A DNA stretch of 64,000 bases, taken from the NCBI RefSeq assembly GCF_009914755.1, contig NC_060929.1; one strand, 5' to 3'. This DNA is from the human T2T-CHM13v2.0 reference genome, Homo sapiens. Of the stretch, positions 31,322 to 47,852 are shown one piece after another. Under the pieces are notes generated by a model that was not told the DNA's origin, searched no databases, and was given only the letters and a program-made list of their open reading frames with translations. Within the stretch, counting starts at the first letter, position 1, and each line of letters opens with the position of its first letter. A program made the position numbers and the translations under genes.

Positions 31322-34300
31322 TTACTTCAAAGACCCAGATATTCAACTTACTTCTGTCTCCTTATTGTGTATTCATCTAGGTCTATTTTAGCTAGTGACT
31401 ATTTTCTTCATATTTACTTCTCTTTCTCAATGGCCCTTTGTACTTTTATTTTTGCTATGTCAGTATATCAAAGTTGTGTTGTTTGAGTTTCCCACTCTTC
31501 CTCTTATTCATACTTTCCCCCAAAAGAGGAACTGACTAGATTAGTTAGTCACTCTTCAACAAGGTGTCCTTACTGGACATTGTTCTCAAATTAGGACATT
31601 TCCCAGGTTTAGGGGTAATCTAAAAATTGCTTTATTAAGCTCAAGTGCTGATGCCAAAAACTGTAACAGTTTTGGCTAAAACATTTGGATTACATTATAC
31701 AGAGCATGGTAACCAATGCACAAGGAAATATTTCTGGGCACTGTATTCTGAAAGGGACTGTGAGAATAGCAAATATTAAGAATGCCATAGATTTCCTTCC
31801 AATAAAATACCCAGGATTTTCTGCATTTTAAAAAGTCTATTTCTTTTCTTAAAAATAAATATGACAGGGAAAGGTGAAAGCCAGATAGATATACAAATAA
31901 ATATACAAAGAGTTTTATGCAGTGAACTCAGGCTCAATTCTGACAGATGTTGACATAAAAAGGGAGAAATCAGAATAGTGCTATACAGTAGCAGACAGTG
32001 CTATTCAACCATCCCTATCTCGCAGTACTGTGGCTATTAGGTAGCCCTTGTTAATCACAGAATTTATCTACAACCAAGGTTTTTTCCACACGAGAAGGGG
32101 TTCATTCTGGTCTAGGATTGCTTTCCAGTTAGGCTAGGTACTCCTACATGTGCTTACTTAGTAAGAGTCTGAAATAAGAGTAGGATCTGCAAATATATAA
32201 AGTATAAGGTATAAAGGCTGCAGAAAAGTAGTTTTAAGCTAAGGATAGTCCTCTAATAGAAGTCAAAAACAAATGATGAGGAGGAAATAAAGGCAGAGGA
32301 ATGTTGCAAGGAGGAAAGGGTTTGTAAAATCTCAACCAGGGCTTATTGAAGGTGGGACATATAGTGTCCCAACTAATTTCTAGAATTTTATCTTTCAAGC
32401 ATTGATTTACTCCCTACCCTAATCAAGTTTGCATGGCAGAAGACACTGATTCTGCCAGTAAAAGACCTTTCCCTAGAGACAAAAAGGATGAAAACATAAG
32501 TTAAAGAGGAGACCAATAAATCACTCTGTTTTACTTTGTGATTTAACTTCTTATTTGATCTGTTCTTGATTCTTTATGCTAAATAGCCATAATTAGCCAT
32601 AGAAAATAAGTAATGGCTCATCAATCTGTCCATCAGAATAAAATATCTCCTCTAGAAAATGCTGCTAATTGCAAATTTAAATTTTTTTTTGCTAGCTCTG
32701 CTGGCATTTCACCTCTTTTATTTTCAGAAAAAACAGTTTATTTAGAGTCACACCTAGGAGATGATTCAGAGACTAAAACTACTACAAAATGTTCTGACCT
32801 AAATACAAGTGAGAACTATAATTTTGTTTTCTTTCATTTTGTTTTCAACTTTCATTTTAGGTTTGTTACATGGGTAAATTGCATGTCATAAGGGGGTGTG
32901 GTTTCAGAAAATTTTGTCACCCAGATAATCAGAATAATGGCCTCCAGCTACTTCCATGTTCCAGTGAAAACTAAAATTTCATTTTTGTATAGCAGCATAG
33001 TATTCCATGGTGTATATATACTACATTTTCTTTATCCATTTCACCACTAATGAGCATCTAGGTGGATTCCATGTATTTGCTATTGTGAATAGTACTGTTA
33101 TGAACATATGCATGCATGTGTCTTTATGATAGAACAATTTATATTCCTTTGGGTTTATATCCAGTAATGGATTGCTGGGTCAAATGGTAGTTCTGTTTTA
33201 ACTTCTTTGAGGAATTGCCACACTGCTTTCCACAATGGCTGAAGTGATTTACATTCCCTCCAGCGGTGTTTAAGAGTTCCTTTTCTCTGCAACCACACCA
33301 GCATCTGTTATTTTTCCACTTTTTAAAATAGCCATTTTTGCTGGTGTGCAATAACATCTTATTGTGGTTTTGATTTGAATTTCCCTAATAATGAGTGACA
33401 CTGAGCATTTTTCATATGTTTTTTGGCCACATGTATGTTTTCTTTTGAAAAGACACTCTTGAAAAAGTGTCTGTTTATGTCCTTTGCCCATTTTATAGTG
33501 GGGTTGTTTGGGGTTGTTTTGCTTGCTGATTTGTTTGAGTTATTTATCGACCTTTGTCAGACGTATAGTTTGCAAATATTTTCTCCTATTCTGTAGGTTG
33601 TCTGTGTACTCTGTTGATAGTTTCTTTTGCTGTGCAGAACGCTTTAGTTTAATTAAGTCCCACTTGTCAATTTTTGTTTTTGTCATGATTGTTTTCAGAG
33701 TCTCCATCGTGTCTTTGCCTGGGCCAACATCCAGAATGGTATTTCCTAGATTGTCTTCTATGGTTTTTATACTTTAGATTTTACTTTTAAATATTTAATC
33801 CATCTTAAGTTGATTTTTGTATATGGTGAAAGGTAGGGGTCCAGTTTCAATTCCACATATAGCTAGCCAGTTATCCCAGCATCATTTATTGAATAGGGAG
33901 TAATTTGCCTATTGCTTGTTTTTGGTGGCTTTGTTGAAGATCAGATGGCTGTAGGTGTGCACCTTTATTTCTGTGTTCTCTATTCTGTTCCATTGGTCTC
34001 TGTGTCTGTTTATGTACCAGTACCATGCTGTTTTAGGAGCCTTGTAGTACATTTTGAAGTTGGGTAGTGGCATCCTCCAGCTTTGCTCTTTTTGCTTAGG
34101 ATTGCTTTGGCTCTTGAGGGTTTTTGTTGTTGATGATGTTCCAAATGAATTCTAGAATGGTGGTTTTTACTAAGTCTGTGAAAAATGTCATTGGTAGTTC
34201 ATTAGGATAGTATTAAATCTGTAAATAGCTTTGGGCAGAATGGCCATTTTAACTATATTGATTCTTCCTATTCATGAGTATGGAATATTTTTCCATTTGT

Positions 34301-34824
34301 TTGTGTTGTCTTTGATTTCTTTCAGCAGTGTTTTATAGTTCTCCTTGTACGGATCTTTGAACATCCTAGTTAGTTGTATTCCTATATTTTAGTCTTTTTG
34401 TGGCTATCGTGAATGGGATTGCATTCTTGATTTGGCTCTCAGCTTGGACATTATTGGTGTAGAGAAATGCTACTGATTTCTGTACATTGATTTTGTACCC
34501 TGAAACTTTGCTGAAGTTGTTTATGAAATCTGGGAGCCACTGGGAAGATACTATGGGGCTTTCTAGGTATAGTATTACATTGTCTGTAAAGAAAATAAGT
34601 TTGACTTCCTCTCTTCCTATTTGGATGTGCTTTCTTTCTCTTGCTCTGGCCAGGACTTCCAATACTATGTTGAACAGGAGTGGTGAGAGAGGGCATCCTT
34701 GTCTTGTTCCAGTTTTCAAAGGGGAATATTTCCAGCTTTTCCCCATTCAGTATGATGTTGGTTATGGGTTTGTAATAGATGACTCTTATTTTGAGGTATG
34801 TACCTTCGATGCCTAGTTTGTTGA

Positions 34825-35126
<302 letters not shown>

Positions 35127-37467
35127 CTGTTCAAAGTTTTTAACCAAAAAGGATATTGAATTTTATCAAAAGGATTTTCTGCATCTATCGAGATGATCAT
35201 GTGCTTTTGTTTTTAGTTCTGTTTATGTGGTGAATCACATTTAGTGATTTGTGTATGTTGAACCAACCTTGCATCCCAGAAATAAAAGCCTACTCAATTG
35301 CGGTGGTTTAGTTTTTTGACATGCACCTGGATTCAGTTTGCTAGTATTTTTTTGAGAATGTTTGCATTTATGTTCATCAGGGATATTGGCCTGAAGCGTT
35401 CTTATTTCACTTGTGTCTCTGCCAGGTTTTGGTATCAGAATGACGTTGGCCTCATAGAACATGTTAAGGAGGAGTACCTCCCCCTTGATTTTTTTAGAAT
35501 AGTTTCAGTAGGATTGGTTATCAGCTCTTCTTTATGTGTCTAGTAGAATTTGGCTGTGAATCTGTCTCATGCAGAGTCTTTTCTGGTTCGTTGGTCGTTT
35601 TTCTTATAATTGATTCAATTTTGGAACTCAATACTTGTCTGTTCAGGGTTTCAATTTCTTCCTGGTTCAATCTTAGAAGGTTGCATGCTTCCAGAAATTT
35701 ATCCGTTTCTTCCAGATTTTCTAGTTTGCGTGCATAGTGGTGCTTGTAATAGTCTCTGAGGGTTTTTTGTATAACTGTGAGGTTAGTGGTAATTTCCCCT
35801 TTGTCATTTCTGATTATGTTTATTTGTATCTTGTCCCTTTTCTTCTTTATTTGTCTACCTAGTGGTCTATCAATCTTATTTATTCTTTCTAAGAACAAAC
35901 GTTTCATTTCATTGATCTTTTTATGGTTTTTCTCATCTGCGTTTTGTTCAGTTCAGCTCCGATTTTGTTTCCTTCTTTTCTTCTGCTACCTTTGGAGTTG
36001 GTTTGCTCTTGTTTTTAGTTTCCCTAGGTGTGACGTTAGATTGTTAATTTGAGACATTTGTAACTTTTTTATGTGAGTGTTTAGCACTATAAACTTCCTT
36101 CTTAACAATGCTTTAGCTGTGTTCCAGAGATTCTGGTATGTTGTATCTTTGTTTTCATTACTTTCAAAGAATTTCTTGATTTCTGCCTTAATTTTATTGT
36201 TTACCCAAAAGTCACTCAGGAGCAGACTATTTAATTTCCATGTAATTGTATGGTTTTGAGAGATCTTCTTGATATCGATTTCTATTTTTATTGCACTGTT
36301 GTTTGAGAGTGCAGTTGGTATGATTTCATTTTATTTGAATTTGTTAAGAATTGCTTTATGGCTGATTGCGTGGTCAATTTTAGAGGATGTGCCATGTGCA
36401 GATGAGAAGAATGTATATTTTGTTTTGGTTAGATGGAGTGTTCCATAGATGACTGTTAGGTACATTTGGTCAAGTGTCAAGTTTAGGTCCCAAATATCTG
36501 TTAGTATTCTGCCTCAGTGATCTGTCCAATACTGTCAGTGGGGTGTTGAAGTCTCCCACTGTTATTGTGTAGTTATCTAAGTCTCTTCATAAGTCTCTAA
36601 GAACTTGTTTTATGAGTCTGGGCATTCCAGTGTTGGTTGCGTATATATTTAGGGGAGTTAGCTCTGCTTGTTGAGTTGAACCTTTGTCATTATATAATGC
36701 CCCCCTTTGTCCTTTTTGATTATTGTTGGTTTAAAGTTGGTTTCGTCTGAAATAAGAATAGCAATCCCTGCTCTTTATTGCTTTCCACTTGCTTGATAGA
36801 TATTTCTCCATCCTTTTACTTTAAGCCTATGGGTGTCCTTGCATGCGAGATGGGTCTCTTGAAGATAGCATACAGTTAGGTCTTGCTTTATTATCCGACT
36901 CGACGGTCTGTGCCTTTTAAGTGGGAGCTATAACCCATTTCTGTTCAAGGTTAATATTCATATGTGTGGATTTGATCCTATCATTGTGTGGTTAGCTGGT
37001 TGTTATGTAGACTTGATTGTGTATTTGCTTTATAGTGTCAATAGTACTTGAGTGTGTTTTTGTGGTGGTCAGTAATGGTGTTTCATTTCCATGTTTAGCA
37101 TCCCCTTAGGAACTTCTTATAAGGCAGGCTCGGTGGTAACAAATTCCCTTAGCATTTGCTTGTCTAAAAAGTATTTTATTTCTCTTTGGATTATGAAGCT
37201 TAGTTTGGTTGGATATGAAATTCTTGGTTCTAATTTCTTTTCTTTAAAATTCCAGAATATAGACCCCCAATCTCTTCTGGTTGTAGAGTTTCTGCTGACA
37301 GGTCTACCGTTAGCTTGATGGGGTTGACTTTGTAGGTGACCTTTCCCTTCACTCTAGCTGCCTTTAGTGTTTTTTACTTTGCATTGACCTTGGAAGATCT
37401 GATAACTATGTCTCTTGGGGATAGTCATCTTGTATAATATCTCACAAGGGTACTTTGAATTTCCTGA

Positions 37468-37751
37468 TTTTTTTTTTTTGAGACAGAGTCTCGCTCTGTT
37501 GCCCAGGCTGGAGTGCAGTGGCACAATCTCGGCTCACTGCAAGCTCTGCCTCCCAGGTTCATGCCATTCTCCTGCCTAAGCCTCCCAAGTAGCTGAGACT
37601 ACAGGCACCCGCCACCACACCCAGCTAATTTTTTGTATTTTTAGTAGAAATGGGGTTTCACCGTGTTACCCAGGATGGTCTTGATCTCCTGACCTCGTGA
37701 TCCGCCCGCCTCGGCCCCCCAAAGTGCTGGGATTACAGGCGTGAGCCACCG
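37468..37751 (-). mobile_element. AluY/Sc-like element inserted in L1 ORF1
   Basis: ctgcaagctctgcctcc and caggatggtcttgatctcc diagnostics; TSD tcctgattttt. Confidence 0.92.
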
Positions 37752-40700
37752 TCCTGATTTTTGTATTGACCTCTCTAGTGAGATTGGGGAAATTTTTGTG
37801 GACAATATCCTCCAATATGTTTTCCAAGTTGCTTGCTCTTTCTCCCTGTCTTTCAGGGATGCCAGTGAGTCATAGACTTGGTCTATTAACATAATCTCAT
37901 ATTTCTTTGAGGTTTTGTCCATTTTGTAAAATTCTTTTTTATTTTTGTCTGAGTTAATTCAAACCACTGGTCTTCAAGCTCTGAGATTCTTTCCTCAACC
38001 GATAATACTCCCAATTATGTCATGAAATTCTTGTAGTGCGTTTTTCAGCTGTATCATCTAGATTTGGTTCTTTCTTAAAATGGCTACTTAAGCTTTCATC
38101 ACTTTCATCATTTTACTGGATTCCTTATATTCCTTGGGATGGGTTTCAGCATTATTCTGAATATCTAAAATCTTCATTTCCATGCAGATTCTGAATTCTG
38201 TCATTTCAACCATTTCATCCTGGTGAATAAGCATTGCTGGGGAGCTAGTGAGGTTGTTTGGAAGTAAAAAGACATTCTGGCTTTTAGAGTTGCCAGGCTT
38301 TTTGTGCTGGTTCTTACTCATGTGTGTGGGCTATGTTCCTTTAACCATGGTGTAATTTGACTAGAGTCAGTTGACTTCATTTCTGGATGTTTTCAGAGGG
38401 CCAAGGCTTTGTGCAGCATCTTTATTTGTGACAGAATTCCTGTGCTTGGTTTCACAGCGGGATATATTAGCCAAGTATTTTCAGTGTTGAAGTTTGGGCT
38501 GCAATCCAGTAGATGGCACTTAAGCATCATGGCCAGTAGGTGGGCTCTTGCTCAGCCATGCAGCACCTCTGTATTTCCTTGTATTTGCAGCCATGCTCTC
38601 TCAGTGCTCTGAGAGTGTGGGCTCCTTTCCCACTAGCACTGGCTGCAGATCTCAGCTTGGCATTTCCGGGCTGCGCATCATAGCCCTGGGGCAAGCTGAT
38701 GCCTTTTCTTCCCTCCCTGGCTTGGAGGCACCAGGGGCAAGGATCTTGGCAGTGGCAATGGCAGAGGGCCTTTCACTAATCTCTTGGGGCTCCACTCCAG
38801 AGAAGCACACCAATTGGTATGATTAGCCCAGGGTGAAGCACCTGTGTTGCAGGCCCAAGCCGAGGTGCCCTGCCTAGTAGTGAGCAGGGGGCTCACAGGC
38901 AAGAAAGACTGGTCTTTTCTTCACAGGGCAGCCATGGCATGCTGGAGGTGTGAGTACAGCACTCAGACCCTTTATCTCTTTGCCAGCCTAAGGATAGTAA
39001 CCGTGGTACCACTACAGCAGCAAGGGCAGAGGGGCTGTGAGTTGTCTCTGGAATTTCCTTCCCAGAGAAATGCAGAGCCATCATCAACTGAAGGGTTCAG
39101 GTTGGGGCAGGGTGACTGTGCTGGGTGCCCAAGTGGAGAGGCCCTGCCCAGTGAGGAGTCACAGGGGCAGGATTCCATGTGGAAAACAATCTGGTCGCTT
39201 TTGTATAAGGAAGCTACACTGTGCAGGAGGCCTGCAATAGTCCTTAAGCTCATTGCTCCCTATCGAGCCTGAGGGCAGTAGAGTGGCATAAATAGCAGGC
39301 CTGTCCGTTACCTCTGGGAGCCCCATCCCAGGGATATACAGAGCTGCTACCAGCCTGAGAGCTCAGGCAGGGGTGGGTTGGCTGTGCTAGCATCCCATGC
39401 CAGTGAACTTTGTCTGGCAAGGTGTAGTGGAGGCTAGGCCCTCAGTCCATCTTGCTTATCAGCACTGTGGATATGGCCCCTATCCTGGGGGCATGTGAGA
39501 GAACCTGGCCTCCTTTATTGGCAGAAACACAGCTGCTAGCATAGGGGTGTTCAGGAGTCCATTGCCCTGGGATTTGGCATGTACCTGAACAGCAGCTCTG
39601 CACAGGCTCCATGCAGCTCTTCATGTCATTCTGGAGGCCCTGGATGGAGTGGGTTGGGGGAATCTCCTGTGCCCAGGGTTGCAAAGATCTGTGGCAGAAG
39701 TGTGGGACCTTGGGAGCTCTCACTCACTTGCTGTTTCCCCTCCGTGGGGAGCCTACCATGGTTCTATACCAATCCCAGGTGGGCAACTGTCCTGTCTCAG
39801 TCTTCCCTCTTCTCCATGGGTCATGTTGCTTCCTTGATGAATCCCAATGTGTCCTCCTGGACAGGCCAGTTGATAAGCTAGTGTTTACTTGCCACTCTGT
39901 CTCCTCTCCATGACAGCAGCACACACTAGCTGCTTCTAGTCAGACATCTTGGCACTCTCTAATATAGTTTTGAAAATTATGTTATTTAAATAGGATTTAT
40001 ATTGATTCTTCTTTCTATGATAGCCATTTACTTGCTTTCAAAGGAAATTCATTGTTTTAACTACCAATAGGAAGATGACTAAATAATTTGGACAGCAGCT
40101 TCCTTTGATTTATTTTGTCAGCAATTAACAGTCATATAGCAATAATAGCTCACATTCATTTTGTCTTTTACAGTTCACAATATGTTTAATATCATAATAT
40201 TCATTGACACTTCCTTATTCATCTGAGTCCTATTATGCAAATATATAGTCCCTGTAATAAGGCAGGAAACTTACACGTGAGATGAAGAAAAAGGATAAGA
40301 GGGTTGAGCTCTCTGTTCCACACATTTAGAGGGAGCTTTTCCTCTATAAAATATTATTCCTTACCAAATTCCATCCAGGATTTATTTTTTTGCTTTTTGC
40401 TTTTCTGTGATCTTTCCTAACCTCCAAACTTTATGTTTTTATTCTTTTTTTAAATATTTCTAATCCATTTTATTCTTACAGCTATAGAGAGGTAGCTTTT
40501 TTCTTATCCTCTGTTCTACCTTCTGTTCTAAAAGTCTAATTCCAACTACTTTTACATTTATAACTTTTAACCTCGTGGATATTATAACTGCATAAAAATG
40601 TTAAATATTTTGTATTTGTTTCAGCTTTTATACTTTATTTTACTTGCATCTATCTTGTCTACTTTAAAACTATTAAAATTACTGACATTTTCATAAACTC

Positions 40701-41229
40701 TTTCCTTTCCTTTTTGGAAAAATGTTTTAAAAAACATAATGACCTGCAAGAAACATGGTAAGAGTAGATAATCCATTCGAAAAATAGCTAGTTTTTTGTC
40801 TCACTTTATAAAAATTCATTACAAGAAAAGACTATTTTTTAAAATCTATGCCTAGACACTCAGGAGAAGTATATTTAAACCAGCTCCCAATCAATAAGTC
40901 TTATAATGATGGTGACATATGATTTCTTTGTTGGAATGATTTTCTAGTTGTCCTTGTGTCAAGAGTTTCTAAACAGCCATTGGATTTCAAGAAAATGATC
41001 CAAACCAAATGGCATGAACCATGAGGGATAGAACTATAGAATTAATAGAGAAAGACAATTGGCCTTTAGCAAGTTAAGTTCCTCCAAATACTCTTTTTTA
41101 GTTTTATTATTTTCCAGTCAGTTTTCCACTCTTTTATCAAGATAAAAGGAAACTTTGGTTATGTAGTCCCCCTAATTTTTTGTGCAATTCTTCCCCTAAT
41201 CTAAAATCAGAGATATCTCACATAAGCCC

Positions 41230-41450
41230 AGTTCAAGACCAGCCTGGGCAACATAGTGAGATTTCTCTACATAAAATTTAAAAATTAGCTGGGTATGGTG
41301 ATGTGCACCTACGGTCCCAGCTACTCAGGGGGGCTGAGGGAGACTGAGGCTGCAGTGAGCCATGATCATGCTGCTGTGTTTCAGCCTGGGTGACAGAGTG
41401 AGACCCTGCCTCAAAAAAAAAAAAAAAAGAAAGAAAGAAAGGAAAAAAGC
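41230..41450 (+). mobile_element. Partial AluJ with internal deletion
   Basis: gttcaagaccagcctgggcaacatagtgaga...ggctgcagtgagccatgatc; A/GAAA tail. Confidence 0.85.
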
Positions 41451-41454
41451 AAAC

Positions 41455-42575
41455 ATTTTAAAAATTCTTTTGAACATTCTTATAATAGTTTACATGAAGT
41501 CTTTGTTTACTACATCCAACACCTGAGCCACCTCAGAGACAGTTTGTACTGACTTTTTCTTTATATGGGCCACATTTTCTTCTTTCTTTGCATTTTTCAT
41601 GAGGTTTTGTTGAAAATTGGACACTTTAAATAATACGTTGTAGCTTTTCTGGATTCTGACTTCCCCACCCTCAGGAGTTGCGTTATTGCTGTTTTCTGTC
41701 TCTTGTTTATTACTTTTCAGGACTAATTAAATAAATTCTATCTTCCTAGGAGTATGCAGCCACTGAAGCCTATGTTCTATTTTTAATTATTTTCCTCATT
41801 TTTAAGCCTGGCTTCCCAGGAGTCACCCTGGGTCAGCATACCTTGATGGCCACCCAATAATTGGGCAGGGGTTTTACTTAAATATCTTGAGTCAGTAGGG
41901 CTTCCACTTTTTGCTGAGGGGATCTGTACATGGATTGGATCACATATTCAAGTTTCAGGCAGTTTACAAGCTACTTTGACTTTCACTTTCTGTTTATGTA
42001 AGGACTTGTGCTCAGCCAGGAACCAGTAGATAACTGGGGCCATCTCTGACCTCTCCTGAGTGTGTGAACCCTTTCAGATCCCCATGAATATATTAAAGCT
42101 TTCAAAGCCTAATATCATTGGCCAGATATATCTTTTACATTTTTGGCTGGTTTACTGTTTCCCCTAACAACTATTGCTGCCTCTGGTAGCTACGATGCTG
42201 GCCTTTTCCAAAGACTGGCCACCAATATTGTAATTGCTGACTACAATGTCCCAGGACTTTTCCATGGAGCTCAAAACTAGATCAACCACCTCAAGTGGCA
42301 GGAAGACTGTTAGCCTTCACTGTTACCAAGACATGGAGGGTAGGGAGGAAAGAAAAGACAATGGATGCAGTCCCAAATTTAAATGCCACAGACCCTACTC
42401 TTCTAACCAATGCTCAATAATTCTTGAATAAATGCTTTCAATTTATTGTATGCCTTTGCTTAATTTCCAGAGTTTCAAAATAGTTGTTGACAATTCTGCC
42501 AGTTTTACCACCACATTTTGGAGGTCAGGATTTTCCACGTTTCTCTCTTTGCAATTCTAAAAGTGCCACCTTCTG
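41455..42575 (-). mobile_element. Ancient L1M 5'/ORF1 fragments
   Basis: ttttgttgaaaattggacactt and taatttccagagtttcaaaatagttgttgacaattctgccag motifs. Confidence 0.55.
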
Positions 42576-43072
42576 ATAAACTTCAAAAAGAAATCAGATA
42601 TCATCTAGTTATCTACTCAGATAGATGTTAGTCAGAAGTCTAAGATTGTTACCAGGCATTATATGGTTTTATATCCTGTCTAACAATAATAATAAAATCC
42701 TCCATTTCCAAGTAAGAAGAATTGGAATTGGCTTGCTTTTTTTTTTCTTTTCTGGCAGTAAACTTAAAACAAACAAAAAAAACCTTAAAACACTCATGTT
42801 TAAATTTTCTGAAGTGTTTTTAATAATTGTGTCTTAATTTTTAGCAATATGAAAGAGATTATAACTAATTGGCTTCTGTATAGTTAAAATATATGTACAT
42901 GTAATATTTTGATAAAAATTAAAACTAAATACAAATCTGAATTAAATGTAACCAATTAGGAGGGATGGTTTATGATTTGATTAAAAGATAAACACAGAAT
43001 AGAAACAAGTAAACATATTTCTGATTTTATACAACATACACATTTGTTTTAGGATTAAACCAGTATAACAAA

Positions 43073-43103
<31 letters not shown>

Positions 43104-43913
43104 AATTATGTTATAACAAAGATCTATGAAAACATTAAGGAGGGAGAAACTCATTTTGCCTGGGAATATAAGGTGAGATTTGACAAAGAGTTTTTTTATA
43201 ATAGAGAAGAGAGACAATGACATTTTAAATAGATAGATTAGCATCTACCAAAATACAGGACTATAAAATTACCTAATGTGTCCAGGAAAGACCAAGTGGC
43301 TGGAATGTGGAGGACAGAGGGATAAAATTCTAAGAAAATGGGATAGGAAAATTCAGTTGATGCTACTGTGAAAGATCTTCAAAGTCCTATTAAAGGGTAT
43401 GAAATTCATCTATCAAGTAATCTGAGAAATGGCGTGATAAAATCTGTATATGAGAAATACAATTTTGCAAACAACAGAAAGGATGAAGTTATGAATAGCA
43501 GAAGAGAAAACAAATGGAAAGTCAAATCATTATTTAAGTTGGTGTTTTTTAACTCTACAATGTCTATATTGTAGACCTTGTTTCACTTAGAAAAACAAAG
43601 ATTTTCTTCATTTAATATTGAGATATTTTCCACAAAACATGATGCTTGTGGGACTATTTTTCAACTTCTAGAGTTCTCTTCTGAGTTACTTAAACATAAT
43701 AAAAAAGATAATATTGATACATGCATGTCATCCCATTAAATGCCTTATTTACTTCTGCAGAGAAAAAATTAACACGAAATAATATAAAACTAAAAGAAAC
43801 AGAAGGAAAATACCTGGTGCCAATCTCTGACACTAGTCAAGTTATTGGCAAAGCCAGCCCTATTTTTTATTATCTGTAAAGTGAACAAGTTAGTTAAAAG
43901 ACTTCAAAAGTCT

Positions 43914-46345
<2,432 letters not shown>

Positions 46346-46456
46346 GTCTCACCCAGATTTAGGTTGAACCCTTTATGGGTATTTTCATAAGTTCATTATT
46401 AGAAAATTAAACAGGTCAACTTAGTTGGATTGTTCAAGTAAAATATTTTACTTTAC

Positions 46457-46566
46457 CCAAAGAGCAGCACATAAATCCTTGATATTAGTTCCAAGTTTCA
46501 GATCTTTAAGTCTGCTGTCAAAAAAATGAAGCTGTTTACGTTTCCTAGCTTTTATCCGTGTTGAAC
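46457..46566 (-). CDS. SLCO6A1: SLCO6A1 coding exon (probably exon 6), 110 bp: STRIKARKRKQLHFFDSRLKDLKLGTNIKDLCAALW
   Basis: atatag|GT...TGG|gtaaag; 2+108 nt; phases match both neighbours. Confidence 0.95.
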
Positions 46567-46735
46567 CTATATATAAACAAGTAAAAAAACTTATGACATA
46601 TTCAAATAACTAAAACCCATACATAAAACCTACATACACACCCTAATAAATTCAATTAATCCTGAAATGGCAAATGAGTTATTTTTGAACAAGCTAAACT
46701 CAATCTCATTAATTAAAAGACACAATCTTCTAAAA

Positions 46736-46895
46736 CAGTGTTGTCCTGAAGAACATTCTGTGATAATGAAAACTTTCCATATCTGCCCAGTCCAATACTG
46801 TAGCCACTAGCTACACATGGCTGTTAAATACTTGAAATGTAGCTCCTATGACTGAATAAATAAAATTTTAATTTATTTTAAAATTTAGCCACACT
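46736..46895 (+). mobile_element. MER3-like hAT-Charlie fragment
   Basis: aacattctgtgataatgaaaa...gtagccactagctacacatggctgttaaatacttgaaatgtagc. Confidence 0.75.
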
Positions 46896-47201
46896 TGATT
46901 TGCCCTAAAATATGAGGGAATAATCTTTGATATAACTAAAACTATTTTGTGCCAATGAAATGTACTATAATCAGGAGAGTTATTTGATTTCTTTGACTTT
47001 ACATGTATTTTTCAGTGTTTCTAAGAAAATTTTAACAGTTATTATTTTATCTTACAATTCTAAGGTAGTCAATACATTAAATGCTAGGTAAGTAGATTTA
47101 AATATGCTTGTTTTCAAGACACTGTATGAACTCTAGATATAAAGCATCTTTAAAAGGAAATAATGAGAAACAAAAATATGCACTAATTCTAATGAAATTC
47201 T

Positions 47202-47515
47202 GGTCCAGGTGTGGTGGCCTACACCTGTAATCTCAACGCGTTGTGAAGCTAAGGTGGAAGGATAGTTTGAGGCCAGGAGTTTAAGACTAGCCTGCACAAC
47301 ATAGCAAGACTCCATCTCTAGAACAAAAAGGAAAAATTTTAAAAACTTGCTGAACATGGTGGCATGCACCTGTAGTCCAATTCTACTCTGGAGGTGAGGC
47401 AGGAGGATGACTTGAGCCCAGAAGTTTGAGTCTGCAGTGATCTGTGATCATACCACTGCACTCAGCCTGAGTGACAGAGCAAGGCCCTGTCTCAAAACTA
47501 AATACAAAGAAGAAG
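47202..47515 (+). mobile_element. AluJ
   Basis: Dimeric Alu; TSD gaaattctggt. Confidence 0.9.
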
Positions 47516-47730
47516 AAATTCTGGTACATAAATCAAATAATATTTGGCTGTAATGCTGCTTTATTTGCTTAAATAACACTAGCACTTGACACTGTATCTC
47601 TATGACAAACCACTACAGCGAGAGGCATACTCATTTTATTAAAAATGTAATACAGTCATTCTATGAGAATAAGAACCATGGTGGAAGAAACTACTATCCT
47701 CCAATTTAATAAATTACATTTTATAGTCAC

Positions 47731-47852
47731 CTGGCATATTGTTTGGAAAGCATGACAATGGTATTAATGTACACCATGCAACGACAGCGGCAAAAAGAAA
47801 ATTAATCCACCAAGTCCATAGCCATTCTGGACTACCATTATTGACTGTAGTG
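47731..47852 (-). CDS. SLCO6A1: SLCO6A1 coding exon (probably exon 5), 122 bp: TTVNNGSPEWLWTWWINFLFAAVVAWCTLIPLSCFPNNMP(G)
   Basis: tattaaag|C...CCA G|gtgact; 1+120+1 nt; contains the W-x3-WW OATP signature region and TM6. Confidence 0.95.

Noticed and set aside
38409-39924. Many overlapping ORFs suggesting a GC-rich gene
   Set aside because: They lie in the 5'UTR of the minus-strand L1.
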